Shown here in pieces: positions 35,512 to 45,392 of a stretch of 64,000 bases of DNA. The position numbers and the translations under genes are program-made. Below the pieces are notes generated by a model. That model did not search any database, was not told the DNA's origin, and saw only the letters and a program-made list of their open reading frames with translations. Location of the stretch: IMG/VR virus record IMGVR_UViG_3300044617_000796, positions 32,001 to 96,000 of that record. The stretch is one strand, 5' to 3'. The first letter of the stretch is position 1. Each line of letters begins with the position of its first letter. Source of the stretch: a virus.

Positions 35512-35740
35512 TCCATCCTTCGTATTCGTTGATTGTATCTACAATTTGATCGTATATTCTTGCTTGTATATGCTCAGTCATATCATCAAATTCATTGACT
35601 ACTTTTGACCAAGCTTCTTCTTTTATTCCTTTGTCATATGCGCTTTCAAATAACTCTTTACCCCACCAAGCAATACAAATTTCTTCATCTTGGTCAAGAT
35701 AATCGTTAAGCATTTTCACTGCTTCTTTTACAGTTGTCAT
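35498..35740 (-). CDS. Hypothetical protein
   Basis: Tightly packed ORF. Confidence 0.5.
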   Translation of the reverse strand: MTTVKEAVKMLNDYLDQDEEICIAWWGKELFESAYDKGIKEEAWSKVVNEFDDMTEHIQARIYDQIVDTINEYEGWIENE

Positions 35741-35741
35741 A

Positions 35742-36059
35742 TTAAAATACCAAAGCTTCTTGTACTCTTAAGAAATCAAGAACTTTGAGCCAGCCCATAT
35801 TGTTATTAGCACCCAACTCAAGGAAATCACTTTCTAATTTGTCATTCAATCCAAGATCTGCTAGCTCTTTAATATAAGCAACAAATTCTGGTTTGTCTGT
35901 TTGAAAATGCTTTGTTTCATTTGTTAATGGGTTTCTAACATAGACAAACTTTTGATCCACACAAGGCATCAAAAGACTATAATTAGAATTAGCTGCACTT
36001 TGAATTGCAATTTCTTTCTCTGAACGCTTGTCTGTTCTTACAATTTTCTTACTAGCCAT
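35742..36059 (-). CDS. Hypothetical protein
   Basis: Tightly packed ORF. Confidence 0.5.
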   Translation of the reverse strand: MASKKIVRTDKRSEKEIAIQSAANSNYSLLMPCVDQKFVYVRNPLTNETKHFQTDKPEFVAYIKELADLGLNDKLESDFLELGANNNMGWLKVLDFLRVQEALVF

Positions 36060-36060
36060 A

Positions 36061-36267
36061 TTAATCTCTTTCCTCTAGTTCTACTGATATGTCTAAGATT
36101 TGACCTACTAAAAGGTCTTTTTGATATTGAGAAATGTCTGGAATTAACTCAAACATTTTCTCTATTGCTTCTTCTTCAAGTGGTTCAATATCTTCTGATT
36201 CACTTTCCCAGCGGTTGATTGAAACACTATGATAAGGGAATACAATTATTGCTGTGTATTTATTCAT
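36061..36267 (-). CDS. Hypothetical protein
   Basis: Overlapping ORF. Confidence 0.45.
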   Translation of the reverse strand: MNKYTAIIVFPYHSVSINRWESESEDIEPLEEEAIEKMFELIPDISQYQKDLLVGQILDISVELEERD

Positions 36268-36503
36268 TTTTTACTCCCAACTAATATTGCATATGTTGTT
36301 GATAGTTGTGCATGAACTAATGCTTCAGTTAATGCTGGATCAGTAATTGTTGGAATACTTCTTGGATCAAATTCAATACTAGCCATTAATTCTTTTGCAT
36401 GATTAGCATGAATAATAGACAAGTCTTTATATTCATAATCTAGCTCTAGCTTTCTTTCCCAAGAAATATTAACATCATTATAACTATATCTAATTCTTGT
36501 CAT
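36264..36503 (-). CDS. Hypothetical protein
   Basis: Overlapping ORF. Confidence 0.45.
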   Translation of the reverse strand: MTRIRYSYNDVNISWERKLELDYEYKDLSIIHANHAKELMASIEFDPRSIPTITDPALTEALVHAQLSTTYAILVGSKK

Positions 36504-36744
36504 TATTAATACTCAATCTTTCTTGTAGCATTTGTAATATCCTTGTATCTTCTTCCATAATTTTGCCTTCCTCTAGCTTTATCCATTCACCAGTTCCCAT
36601 ATTAAAGACTGGGGTAGGATAAAAGACTTCAACATTTTCAAGATCTAGATCAAAATTAATTCTGTCTTCTTTATCAATCCATCCCTTTACAATAAAGTGA
36701 TGTTCTTTTCTATGGATATCTCCATGTCTAATTCCGCTCATCAT
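36490..36744 (-). CDS. Hypothetical protein (start reassigned)
   Basis: SD AAGGA before ATG 36744. Confidence 0.45.
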   Translation of the reverse strand: MMSGIRHGDIHRKEHHFIVKGWIDKEDRINFDLDLENVEVFYPTPVFNMGTGEWIKLEEGKIMEEDTRILQMLQERLSINNDKN

Positions 36745-37144
36745 ATTCCTTTCTTTGCATCTTGAAAAGAATATTCTTTGCTTCTTCCATAGCAAGATAG
36801 ATATCATGAAAAATCATATCTAAATGTTCTCCATCTTGATCATAAAGATCAAACCAAGGATTCATAATTACTTGTGACCCAGGTTCTGATTCATTAAATA
36901 TATCTGATAGATCACTATCATTAGTAATACCATTATCTACTAGCTCATAGCAATCCCTTATTGTTTCACCGTTATATTCAAGCAACATATCCCCATCACA
37001 ATAGATAGCAATGAATTTATCTTTAAGATCAACATTGCTAACAGTCATTACTAGGTTTGATGTTTGACCTTGACAATAAAATTCAGGTGATGTTGTATCT
37101 TCTGTAAAATCAAACTTTGTTTCAAATGTTGTTATTGCGCTCAT
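36728..37144 (-). CDS. Hypothetical protein (NPWF motif)
   Basis: Overlapping ORF. Confidence 0.55.
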   Translation of the reverse strand: MSAITTFETKFDFTEDTTSPEFYCQGQTSNLVMTVSNVDLKDKFIAIYCDGDMLLEYNGETIRDCYELVDNGITNDSDLSDIFNESEPGSQVIMNPWFDLYDQDGEHLDMIFHDIYLAMEEAKNILFKMQRKEYDERN

Positions 37145-37424
37145 CTGTTATCCTTTCAATAGCTTCATGAAATGCAATCAGTTTTTTTGCAACTGCTTCC
37201 ACTTCTTTTTCGTTTAGAGTTTCTACAGCCTCATTAAATGATTCAATCAATCTTTCAGCATCTGAAAGATAGATACCATCACCTTGGTATTCAGATATAT
37301 ACTCTTCATATTTGGTATTGAATACTGTTCTATCTTCCATGAACCATTCTTCAGCTTCAACATTATGAAACCAGGTATTATTATCTGTGTCATAACCTAG
37401 GATGTAATTATATATTAACGCCAT
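37122..37424 (-). CDS. Hypothetical acidic protein
   Basis: Overlapping ORF. Confidence 0.5.
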   Translation of the reverse strand: MALIYNYILGYDTDNNTWFHNVEAEEWFMEDRTVFNTKYEEYISEYQGDGIYLSDAERLIESFNEAVETLNEKEVEAVAKKLIAFHEAIERITDERNNNI

Positions 37425-37426
37425 GA

Positions 37427-37819
37427 TTAACCTGCCTGTATATATTCGTTGTTTTCTCCACCAAAATAACTTTCAAGATATTCTAATTTTAAAGACCATT
37501 GATCAGGCTCATACTCATCATGAATATTTTGCAATTCACTAAGCAAACTTATATTGTAATTCCAATTAGTAATTGAATTCTCAATTGCTTCTTTAACTCT
37601 TGGATCATTTGGGGAACTATTTTCAAACTCTTCTGAGTAGAATCTATCATCTATTAAACAACCAACAGCACACATCAATGGTTTACCCTCTTCATTTTGT
37701 GTACGATAATAACAAGACAATGAATAAGGTTCTGTTGATTTTTCATTCTGATTTAAAAGATGTTGTTTAACATAATTAAATACATCATAATCTGTTTCTA
37801 AGTTTATAAGCACCATCAC
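37427..37819 (-). CDS. Hypothetical protein (CAVGCLI family)
   Basis: Paralog of 32345-32932. Confidence 0.6.
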   Translation of the reverse strand: MMVLINLETDYDVFNYVKQHLLNQNEKSTEPYSLSCYYRTQNEEGKPLMCAVGCLIDDRFYSEEFENSSPNDPRVKEAIENSITNWNYNISLLSELQNIHDEYEPDQWSLKLEYLESYFGGENNEYIQAG

Positions 37820-38130
37820 TTAACCTTTCCATATTTAATTTTTGTAACGATATCATTAGCCCATCTCTGAACATCTTGTTGTGCAGTTTCACCAAGAAAA
37901 GCATCTTCCCAGAAATCACCATTTAATTTGTCAGTAATTTCAGCTTTTTGATATCCACCACTCATGATTTCTTGCTTACCTAGACCATAGATATAGCCTG
38001 CATCTGCTTCAAAATAAACGACTTCAATATACCATTTATCAAAAACAGAATTTTCTCGGTATTCAACAACATTTGTTTCATACCAATCGGATACTCTTGG
38101 ATACATGTTTATTTGACTTGGCTTAATCAT
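37816..38130 (-). CDS. Hypothetical protein (F.GETA..DV.RW motif)
   Basis: Overlapping ORF. Confidence 0.5.
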   Translation of the reverse strand: MIKPSQINMYPRVSDWYETNVVEYRENSVFDKWYIEVVYFEADAGYIYGLGKQEIMSGGYQKAEITDKLNGDFWEDAFLGETAQQDVQRWANDIVTKIKYGKVK

Positions 38131-38576
38131 GCGAATACTTCCTTTTCAAATTGTTCTTCTAGTTTCTTTAAACGATATTGCATTTGTGTAGCTGTAAGAT
38201 CAACTCTTTGATTACGAATTACATTCTTAATCCATTGATTTCTAGTAAGAGTTGAATGGTTTGTATGCAAACCAATATATTTAACCAACTCTTTTGCTTC
38301 TACTGGCTTATCTTTATAAGTATCTTCTTCTTCAACATACTCTGATGTAAGGAATGTACTATACATTTCTTCACACAATTTCAATCTTACATACCATTCA
38401 CTTACATTCTTATAAGTAATTGAACCAAGCGCAACCATACCGCCAGCAAAGATTAAACCTTTAAGACGAGGTTTTACATCTTTATAGGTATCACCAAATT
38501 GCTTGTATTCTGTATACGCTTCGTCAAAATTATCTTTGTACATTGCAATATCTGAAATATCGTAATTCAATGGCAT
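38127..38576 (-). CDS. Hypothetical protein (start reassigned to MPLNYD)
   Basis: AAGAGAG upstream; follows stop of previous ORF. Confidence 0.55.
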   Translation of the reverse strand: MPLNYDISDIAMYKDNFDEAYTEYKQFGDTYKDVKPRLKGLIFAGGMVALGSITYKNVSEWYVRLKLCEEMYSTFLTSEYVEEEDTYKDKPVEAKELVKYIGLHTNHSTLTRNQWIKNVIRNQRVDLTATQMQYRLKKLEEQFEKEVFA

Positions 38577-38577
38577 G

Positions 38578-38778
38578 TTATTTACTCTCTTTCTTGTTTG
38601 TTGGTTTTTTATGTGGTACTGTTTTGTAAACAATTACATTATCAATATGGACATTGCCATAACTCTTTACAAGCTTTGCTTGCTGGATAGCTTTTTCTTT
38701 TGTTGTATTCAGCGTTCTGATTTGAATTATATTTTCTTCCTTCATCAGAATTAGTGCGTAGTTTTCTTTAGTTGTCAT
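38578..38778 (-). CDS. Hypothetical protein
   Basis: Overlapping ORF. Confidence 0.4.
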   Translation of the reverse strand: MTTKENYALILMKEENIIQIRTLNTTKEKAIQQAKLVKSYGNVHIDNVIVYKTVPHKKPTNKKESK

Positions 38779-39137
38779 TTAATCATTCCAATCATAGTTT
38801 CCATTAGTTTTTCATTATCTTCATCAGTTAAATCAGTTTGATTACCATATCTATCTTCCTTGATTAAAACAGCTGTACCAGCAATATAATCATTAAAAGA
38901 TTTTAATTTATAACCATCTTCTTTTAGACAATCAATCCAGAATTGTGTTGCGATAAGATTTCCATCTTTTGTGAACTTGCCTTCCTCATTAATATAGAAA
39001 GCTAGTCTATTTTCTTTACTTACAGTTACACGCTCAACATAGCCTCCAACCATTTTTTGTAATTCTTCAAGAGTCAACTCTTCTTTTGTATCTTCTTTTA
39101 GAATTGAATTATCTTCTGTGATTACTGCATATCTCAT
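38775..39137 (-). CDS. DUF3846-like protein
   Basis: LEELQKMVGGYVE...INEEGK...N..AT...I.G..VL motif. Confidence 0.7.
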   Translation of the reverse strand: MRYAVITEDNSILKEDTKEELTLEELQKMVGGYVERVTVSKENRLAFYINEEGKFTKDGNLIATQFWIDCLKEDGYKLKSFNDYIAGTAVLIKEDRYGNQTDLTDEDNEKLMETMIGMIK

Positions 39138-39172
39138 TTAACTTTCCTTTCGTAGCTTAGTTTATATATAGA

Positions 39173-39335
39173 AAAAGTGGTATAAGAAAGAATTAGGCAA
39201 GAAACATTAAGTCGGATACTATGAACCTAAACGACACTTTGACGATTACTAATAAACCTACAAAATTAGTACATCGCATATTTCTCTTAGACTGAAAGGG
39301 TTAGCCTTAGCCTAATTCTTTCCTATACCACTTTT
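39173..39335 (-). ncRNA. Candidate structured RNA closed by a 26-bp stem
   Basis: 26-nt inverted arms with one difference that forms a G-U pair on the minus strand. Confidence 0.45.
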
Positions 39336-39438
39336 AATTAAGAATGATCATGAACTCCGATTTATTTGAATGTGTGTACCCAAGAAATTGAGTATACATT
39401 TTCACTAAACCTAAGAGTTTATAATGACAATATCTTAG

Positions 39439-39512
39439 CGTATCCGATAGGACTTGAACCTACAACCTAAACATTAGAAGTGTTTTGCTCTATCCAATTG
39501 AGCTACGGATAC
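39439..39512 (-). tRNA. tRNA-Arg(UCU)
   Basis: GTATCCG/CGGATAC acceptor, AAACA-CT-TCT-AA-TGTTT anticodon arm, TTCAAGT T-loop; CCA not encoded. Confidence 0.9.
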
Positions 39513-39587
39513 ATAAACATATTGGTTAAACTCGTCTTTTGCATATGTTAGACAAATAGTTGTTTTCCAGGCTTTAACCAAACCTGT

Positions 39588-39672
39588 TTTTAATACCAGA
39601 GTATAATCAGATATGAGGATTATACATACTTTTTCAATGACCAAAAAGAACAAGTATTTTCTGGTATTAAAA
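39588..39672. ncRNA. Candidate three-way-junction RNA
   Basis: 13-bp closing stem with 8-bp and 6-bp internal hairpins. Confidence 0.35.
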
Positions 39673-39820
39673 CTTTACTCCCAGGTTATATAACCTTTTT
39701 CATTTATATAAGTTGGAAGACCCATGCTTTTAAGTTGTTCATATGTGAACTTAGCTTTTTGATTACTATTGATATGATCAACATAGCCTTGATTTCTTTC
39801 GGCTTCTGTTATCTCTGTAT

Positions 39821-40282
39821 CTATTCCCATGATATAACCCCTGATTTCATTGTCATTTCTTTACCATTAAATGCGTATTGATAATGAGTTCCATCTTCAC
39901 CTTGCCAATTTAGATATCCGCCTGCTTTTACATATGGGGCAATTACTTGTAAAAACAAATCTTCAGCACCAGTTTTATTGTCATACCAAAGACTAATCAT
40001 ATTGCCATCTGCATCAAACTTAATATCTTCAAAGCCAAGGGCATAAAGGATAGTTTGCATATCTTTACATGTCTCAGGATAATTAGCATCCATCCAACTA
40101 AACCATCTATTTGGATGATAATTTATTCCTTCAGGTCTTGTTTCAGATACACCTGCACCCCAACTACCACCAGTTTTTAAATCATCTCTGTCATTAAGTT
40201 TGCACATTGCCTCATAGCAATATTCAAAATCATCTTTTGATACAAAGATATCTGCTTCGGTTATTCTTGTGTAGTATCCCAT
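39821..40282 (-). CDS. Hypothetical protein (W.GEDG motif)
   Basis: SD AAGGAG. Confidence 0.6.
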   Translation of the reverse strand: MGYYTRITEADIFVSKDDFEYCYEAMCKLNDRDDLKTGGSWGAGVSETRPEGINYHPNRWFSWMDANYPETCKDMQTILYALGFEDIKFDADGNMISLWYDNKTGAEDLFLQVIAPYVKAGGYLNWQGEDGTHYQYAFNGKEMTMKSGVISWE

Positions 40283-40297
40283 CGGATACTCCTTTCT

Positions 40298-40834
40298 CTA
40301 GTTACTTATTTTCCAATTCATTAACTTACCTTTTGAATTGTCCATAATATATTTTGCAACACTTAAGTTGCAATCTAATTCTAATAGACCATTCAAATCT
40401 GTACCGCAAACATTTTTAGTTACTGTTTGCCATGAGCTATTAATTTGCAGCAAGCCTCTATCAATTGAACCATTCTTATTTAATGTCCAAATAACTTTAC
40501 CACTTGCATCAAATTTTGCATTTATTGCTTTTGGATTACATCCACTTTCTCTCCAAGCAATATATGAAAATACCTGCACAGGTAATTTATATTCTTTGAA
40601 CTTAGAATGAAACTGAGGACAACGCTTATTCTTATCCGCAGGAACTCTATCATCTAACCAATCAGGTCTATCAATAGCCATTGGTTTAGTGTTAATCTCT
40701 GCTATATCAATGACTACTGAATATGAGTTTGGATTAACAACACTTACACTTTCATTAGAAGCGTAAGCGATTGTGCCTACGACTGCTATATACATACTTA
40801 TAATTACACTTATTAAAGAACTTTTTGTCTTCAT
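40298..40834 (-). CDS. Secreted lytic transglycosylase (SLT/lysozyme-like)
   Basis: Signal peptide; IAWRESGCNP.A.N and D.GLLQIN motifs. Confidence 0.8.
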   Translation of the reverse strand: MKTKSSLISVIISMYIAVVGTIAYASNESVSVVNPNSYSVVIDIAEINTKPMAIDRPDWLDDRVPADKNKRCPQFHSKFKEYKLPVQVFSYIAWRESGCNPKAINAKFDASGKVIWTLNKNGSIDRGLLQINSSWQTVTKNVCGTDLNGLLELDCNLSVAKYIMDNSKGKLMNWKISN

Positions 40835-40971
40835 TTTGCCTCCACAGTTTAGGTTTTGCGATTATTTCGCATTAGCATAGCTTTAGATGCAAAACGAGGG
40901 CAATCTACAAATTTGCTCGCTCGCTTTACAGATTTTTTATCTTATAATAAACCTCCAGGTTGTATTAAACT

Positions 40972-41313
40972 TTATTGACCAAGTGTTCTTTTGAATTCTT
41001 CAAAAGCTTTCTTAGTAAATGAAGGACTCAAAGGAAGAATTTCTTTGAGGCTCTCTCTATTTTCATTATAGTATCCTGCATATGCAGAAAAAACCTCTTC
41101 AACTTCTTTTTCCAAAGAGGTTGCCATACAAGTTAATAGCATTTCAAAATGCACTAAAAATCCAAACAATATGCCTGGAATAAAAGATTCATCATCAAGT
41201 TCATCATCATAAGTTGACAATAAACCTTGCATATCTACAATCCCTTTATGTGCAAATGCTGTAAACAATTGCATTGTATAATCTGTATACAAGTATTCAT
41301 CATTATCATTCAT
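40972..41313 (-). CDS. Hypothetical protein
   Basis: ORF with SD AGGTG. Confidence 0.5.
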   Translation of the reverse strand: MNDNDEYLYTDYTMQLFTAFAHKGIVDMQGLLSTYDDELDDESFIPGILFGFLVHFEMLLTCMATSLEKEVEEVFSAYAGYYNENRESLKEILPLSPSFTKKAFEEFKRTLGQ

Positions 41314-41361
41314 TATTTAACACCTTTCAAAAAGTTATATCTTTCAATTGTAACAAAAATG

Positions 41362-41703
41362 TTATAATTCGTCAAGTTCTTCATCTACAAGCTTGGCATT
41401 TAGTTCAACAATATCAGCAGGGACTTCACCTTTTTTGATCAAGTCATTATGATAGCCAATATTTTTCTCTATCTCCCTAGATGTAGATGAATTTGGATTG
41501 TAAAAATATTCACGAACATGACCAACTGTTTTTTCACCAACAGTATACTCAAAAATTCTAGCAAACCAATTTGATGGTTTGAATCCGTGTTGTCTTTCAC
41601 ATATCCTATTAGCAATAGATACTGCCGACATTACATTATCAGCATCATCTACTCTAATAGGTATCCTGAACTCAACGATATAGTAGTTATCAAATTTAGG
41701 CAT
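41362..41703 (-). CDS. Hypothetical protein (start reassigned to MPKFDN)
   Basis: TAATG overlap with an upstream small hydrophobic ORF. Confidence 0.5.
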   Translation of the reverse strand: MPKFDNYYIVEFRIPIRVDDADNVMSAVSIANRICERQHGFKPSNWFARIFEYTVGEKTVGHVREYFYNPNSSTSREIEKNIGYHNDLIKKGEVPADIVELNAKLVDEELDEL

Positions 41704-41823
41704 TACTTCAACTTTGATCCCATTAAAACCACTGTTATTGCAACTAACATAAAAGCAATAGCAGGAAATAATATCAAGAAATATAATACCCAAATACCAG
41801 CAATCCAATACTTCATATAACTC

Positions 41824-43473
41824 CTACAGTTTATTGATTGTTAAAAGCTCTGGATCATCAATTGAAAAGCTAATTCCCATTGATTTGCCATCGCTTGATG
41901 GAATTAATTGACCATTCATTTGGCTTGATAAAACAGATACATTCTGATCTTCATTAGTAACAAAGAATTTCTTCTTACCAATTTGCATGATCAACCCACC
42001 AATTTCTGTTTCGTAAATCTGATAGTTCAAACCACCAAATTCACCAAGGTCTTCAATATTAACCCAGAAACCAGCTTCGTTCACATTCAAAATGTTGTTC
42101 TCATATGAATCAACAATCAATCTACCGATCCGATTATCTGCCAGGTTTCTGAATTCTCTGAACATACTATCAGTAATTCCAGTTGAATAGTGATCGTACT
42201 CATGAATAATCGTAGATACAATTTCATAGATATTAGAATTGGTAGCATGACTATGTTCAATAACAATTTGACGCTCACTAATGTCTTTACCAACATTAAA
42301 GGTATAACCAAGCGCATCGTTTGATTTTGACTTGAACACACCCAATGGCTTATTCATTTTCAAAAGTCCTGGCTCATATGATTCAGCAATTTTCAAAGCT
42401 TTAATAAGTTTAGGAAATTTACTGATATCAAGATCAATATCATAAGTAAATTCTTCAGTTATGAGTTCGCCAGCTAAATCAACTTTTGCTTCCTTTAGAA
42501 GACTATAGAAACCTTCAGATAAACACTTAACTGGGTTACTGCCTCTGTTCTTAATAAAGGAATCAATTCCTGGAATTAATGATTCAGTAGGGCTAAGCAA
42601 TACTGCGTTATCGCCATAGATTTTATTGAATACAATATTCCATTCACGGCAAGGACTGACATAATGGTATGTTGATTCTGAAATAACATCAAATTCCCAA
42701 ACTCTATTTTGTTTATCAATAACAAGTTTGAAAATCTTCTTGATTTCATCCTCATTGTCAAGCCTTGCAATAACCTTTGCGATTTCGTATGAAACACTAT
42801 ATATGCTTTTGATCTGCCTATCCTCATTCAATACGGCATTATTAATCTCATAGTTATACATATTGTTTCGTTCATCGCCTTCGTGAACCATTACTGATTT
42901 GCAATAAATACGCAATGGTCCTTCTATTGCTTCAAGCATTGAAGATTGGTTTGGTTTGTTACCATAAACAGAAATTACTTTATGATCGTCACAGAAGAAA
43001 AAATTATGGTTGTTATAAACTTCCATAATACCTGGGGATGCAGTAATATAAACACTGAATTCACCAGGTTTAGCTTTTTCAATTGATTCAACAATCTCTC
43101 GCTTCCATTCCCCGCTATCCTTAGCATTAGAAACAGCCTCACGATAAATTTGAAACTCATCTTCCCAGCTCATAATTCCAGCTTCCAATGTAAATGAAGA
43201 TGGCTTTACGAATCCATTACAGTAATCGTAGTAGATTGAGTTGATGCCATTCTCATCAATTGATTTGTACTTTAGAATGTAATCGCCTTCACTATCGCTA
43301 CCAGTAAAGACCCATTCCAAACCCATTCTTAAGGCTGCAATTGGAGCATACTTAATTCCAGAACCAAATTGACCAATGGTATCTGGATTATCCCGTTTAG
43401 TTGATAGACCAAGTTTTTCCAAACTTAGTCTATTAACTGAATCAGTGTAATTTGTTATTTTGATGTAGGACAT
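41824..43473 (-). CDS. GHKL-type ATPase-like protein with C-terminal HExxH
   Basis: LG.STKR...IGQFGSG.K, REAVSNAKD and IIHEYDH motifs. Confidence 0.65.
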   Translation of the reverse strand: MSYIKITNYTDSVNRLSLEKLGLSTKRDNPDTIGQFGSGIKYAPIAALRMGLEWVFTGSDSEGDYILKYKSIDENGINSIYYDYCNGFVKPSSFTLEAGIMSWEDEFQIYREAVSNAKDSGEWKREIVESIEKAKPGEFSVYITASPGIMEVYNNHNFFFCDDHKVISVYGNKPNQSSMLEAIEGPLRIYCKSVMVHEGDERNNMYNYEINNAVLNEDRQIKSIYSVSYEIAKVIARLDNEDEIKKIFKLVIDKQNRVWEFDVISESTYHYVSPCREWNIVFNKIYGDNAVLLSPTESLIPGIDSFIKNRGSNPVKCLSEGFYSLLKEAKVDLAGELITEEFTYDIDLDISKFPKLIKALKIAESYEPGLLKMNKPLGVFKSKSNDALGYTFNVGKDISERQIVIEHSHATNSNIYEIVSTIIHEYDHYSTGITDSMFREFRNLADNRIGRLIVDSYENNILNVNEAGFWVNIEDLGEFGGLNYQIYETEIGGLIMQIGKKKFFVTNEDQNVSVLSSQMNGQLIPSSDGKSMGISFSIDDPELLTINKL

Positions 43474-43487
43474 TTTTTAACCTCTTT

Positions 43488-44117
43488 CTATTTCAATGAT
43501 AATGATGTAAGGATACGGCTCTTATTGTATTCAGTATATTGTAGAGCATCAAGAACTTCGCTAATTTCTAGAATAGAAAATGAACGAAGCATTACTTTTT
43601 CTTCTTCAATAACAGTTGGTTGGACAATACCTTCTGTTTGCTTCTTCATATAACCTTCAATAATGGCTTCTACTGATTTGATATATAGACTACCAGTATG
43701 GCAAGGAGAATCATAATTAAAAGATGTAAGCAATTCGTCAGCTAATGCTATAGCATCAGGTTCATCTAAATAATTACCTACTTCACGAGCAATGTCTTTA
43801 TAATCAAGATTGCTTGCAATTGTATCCATATCCAAATAATCTTCTAAATCAATAGAATTAAGAACACCTTCAACTTCATCGTTCCAGTCATGATTGCTAA
43901 GACCTGATTCAATCACATCTTCAAAATCGTAATTCTGAATGATTTGCTCAACCTGATCGTCAGTCATTGTATAGTCTTTAAACATTTCAATTAACTGTTC
44001 TGATGGGAATGTCATTGTTGCTACGACATCTTTTACTTTTGCTGCTTCCATTTTATTTTCTCCAATCGGTGTGTTTATATAATTCCCTGCTACTTCTGTT
44101 CTCTCTAAATATTCCAT
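43488..44117 (-). CDS. Acidic hypothetical protein
   Basis: D/E-rich repeated helices; start uncertain. Confidence 0.55.
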   Translation of the reverse strand: MEYLERTEVAGNYINTPIGENKMEAAKVKDVVATMTFPSEQLIEMFKDYTMTDDQVEQIIQNYDFEDVIESGLSNHDWNDEVEGVLNSIDLEDYLDMDTIASNLDYKDIAREVGNYLDEPDAIALADELLTSFNYDSPCHTGSLYIKSVEAIIEGYMKKQTEGIVQPTVIEEEKVMLRSFSILEISEVLDALQYTEYNKSRILTSLSLK

Positions 44118-44512
44118 TAGAAATACCTTTCAGCTTCCCATTCAACATATCTAAACATTGCTGAACCTTCATTAATTTTTCTTCTTGCACCATCAAACCA
44201 ATCTAAGAAAACATATTGTGCTGATTCAACAACATTGTCTTCATTAATAATTGCTTCAATATGTGACGAAGGACCACCACCACTTAATTCAATTGTTAAT
44301 AGTCTCTTCATACTTGAGCCAGCTGCATATTCATAAATTGTTTGATTATCAATTTCTTCATCTTCAACTTGCTTAAGCAATTCTTTATCGTCTTCATCAT
44401 CTTCATCAAGATCGTCATCATATACCCTAAACATAAGTTCAAGATAATCATCTGCTCTACGATATTCTTCTTCAATACGCTCTTGACATGTTTTTTGTTT
44501 TGTATTTGACAT
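44117..44512 (-). CDS. Hypothetical protein (LSGGGPS...DWFDGA)
   Basis: TAATG overlaps. Confidence 0.6.
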   Translation of the reverse strand: MSNTKQKTCQERIEEEYRRADDYLELMFRVYDDDLDEDDEDDKELLKQVEDEEIDNQTIYEYAAGSSMKRLLTIELSGGGPSSHIEAIINEDNVVESAQYVFLDWFDGARRKINEGSAMFRYVEWEAERYF

Positions 44513-45000
44513 TACATCTCCTCTATATAGTTAATATAATCTTTATATGTTTCTTTTGTTGGATATTGAATTGTTAGCCTGATAAACTCAAGCAAACATT
44601 TAATTTTGTCTTTGAAGGACAAAAACTTTTCTATTTCAAGATACTCTTCAAATGTATCTGCATGTGTTTTATAAACAAACTTACCTTGATCATAAGATGT
44701 AAATGGCTTTAACCAACCATTACTTCTACCATCTGTAGAGAACCCAGAATAACCATAAGCAACTGCAATATTCATTGCTTTATCAAAGAAATAATATTGC
44801 ACCGCTTCATAAATAATTTCATTTGTTTCATCTGAGTTCAGAGGGTTAAAATTCAGATGATGCATTTTAATATTAATAGCCAAACGACCATTGTGAATAT
44901 CTTTATCTCTGTCAATACTAGACCAGTTATATTGAACCCTTTCTTTTTTATAAAATTCAATATCTCTATTATCTGAGTATACATTTTTCATATAAGACAT
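44512..45000 (-). CDS. Hypothetical protein (GRSNGWL motif)
   Basis: Tightly packed ORF. Confidence 0.55.
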   Translation of the reverse strand: MSYMKNVYSDNRDIEFYKKERVQYNWSSIDRDKDIHNGRLAINIKMHHLNFNPLNSDETNEIIYEAVQYYFFDKAMNIAVAYGYSGFSTDGRSNGWLKPFTSYDQGKFVYKTHADTFEEYLEIEKFLSFKDKIKCLLEFIRLTIQYPTKETYKDYINYIEEM

Positions 45001-45002
45001 AA

Positions 45003-45392
45003 TCAGTACCCATCCCATCTATCTTTTTCATATGATGTTTCACATTCAGGACATTCAAAATAAACTGTTCCTCTATATTCTTCTTTTAATATTTCACCTG
45101 AGAAATCACAAGGTAATTCAGTAATTTTATCTGAATGATAAAAGCCATTGATTTCACTCATTAATTTCTTAAGGCGAGTTTCAATTGAATACTCACTGAT
45201 ATTGCCATTTCTTTTAAATTCATTAAACAAAGAAAGTGCATGATCACTAAGTTTGTACAACTCTTTTCTTGTAATTAGTACATATTCCATGTCTGCGCTG
45301 CAATCAAAATGTTCTTCAAATTCATTGCCCCCAGCAATTTCATATTCATTACCAGTAACTCCTGGTGGATAATTACTCATAGCTTTCTCCAA
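45003..45392 (-). CDS. Hypothetical protein (NYPPGVTG; C-terminal CPEC)
   Basis: ORF; likely true start is MSNY. Confidence 0.55.
   Translation of the reverse strand: MEKAMSNYPPGVTGNEYEIAGGNEFEEHFDCSADMEYVLITRKELYKLSDHALSLFNEFKRNGNISEYSIETRLKKLMSEINGFYHSDKITELPCDFSGEILKEEYRGTVYFECPECETSYEKDRWDGY

Noticed and set aside
40840-40945. c-di-AMP (ydaO) or c-di-GMP riboswitch before the transglycosylase
   Set aside because: Consensus motifs not found by eye
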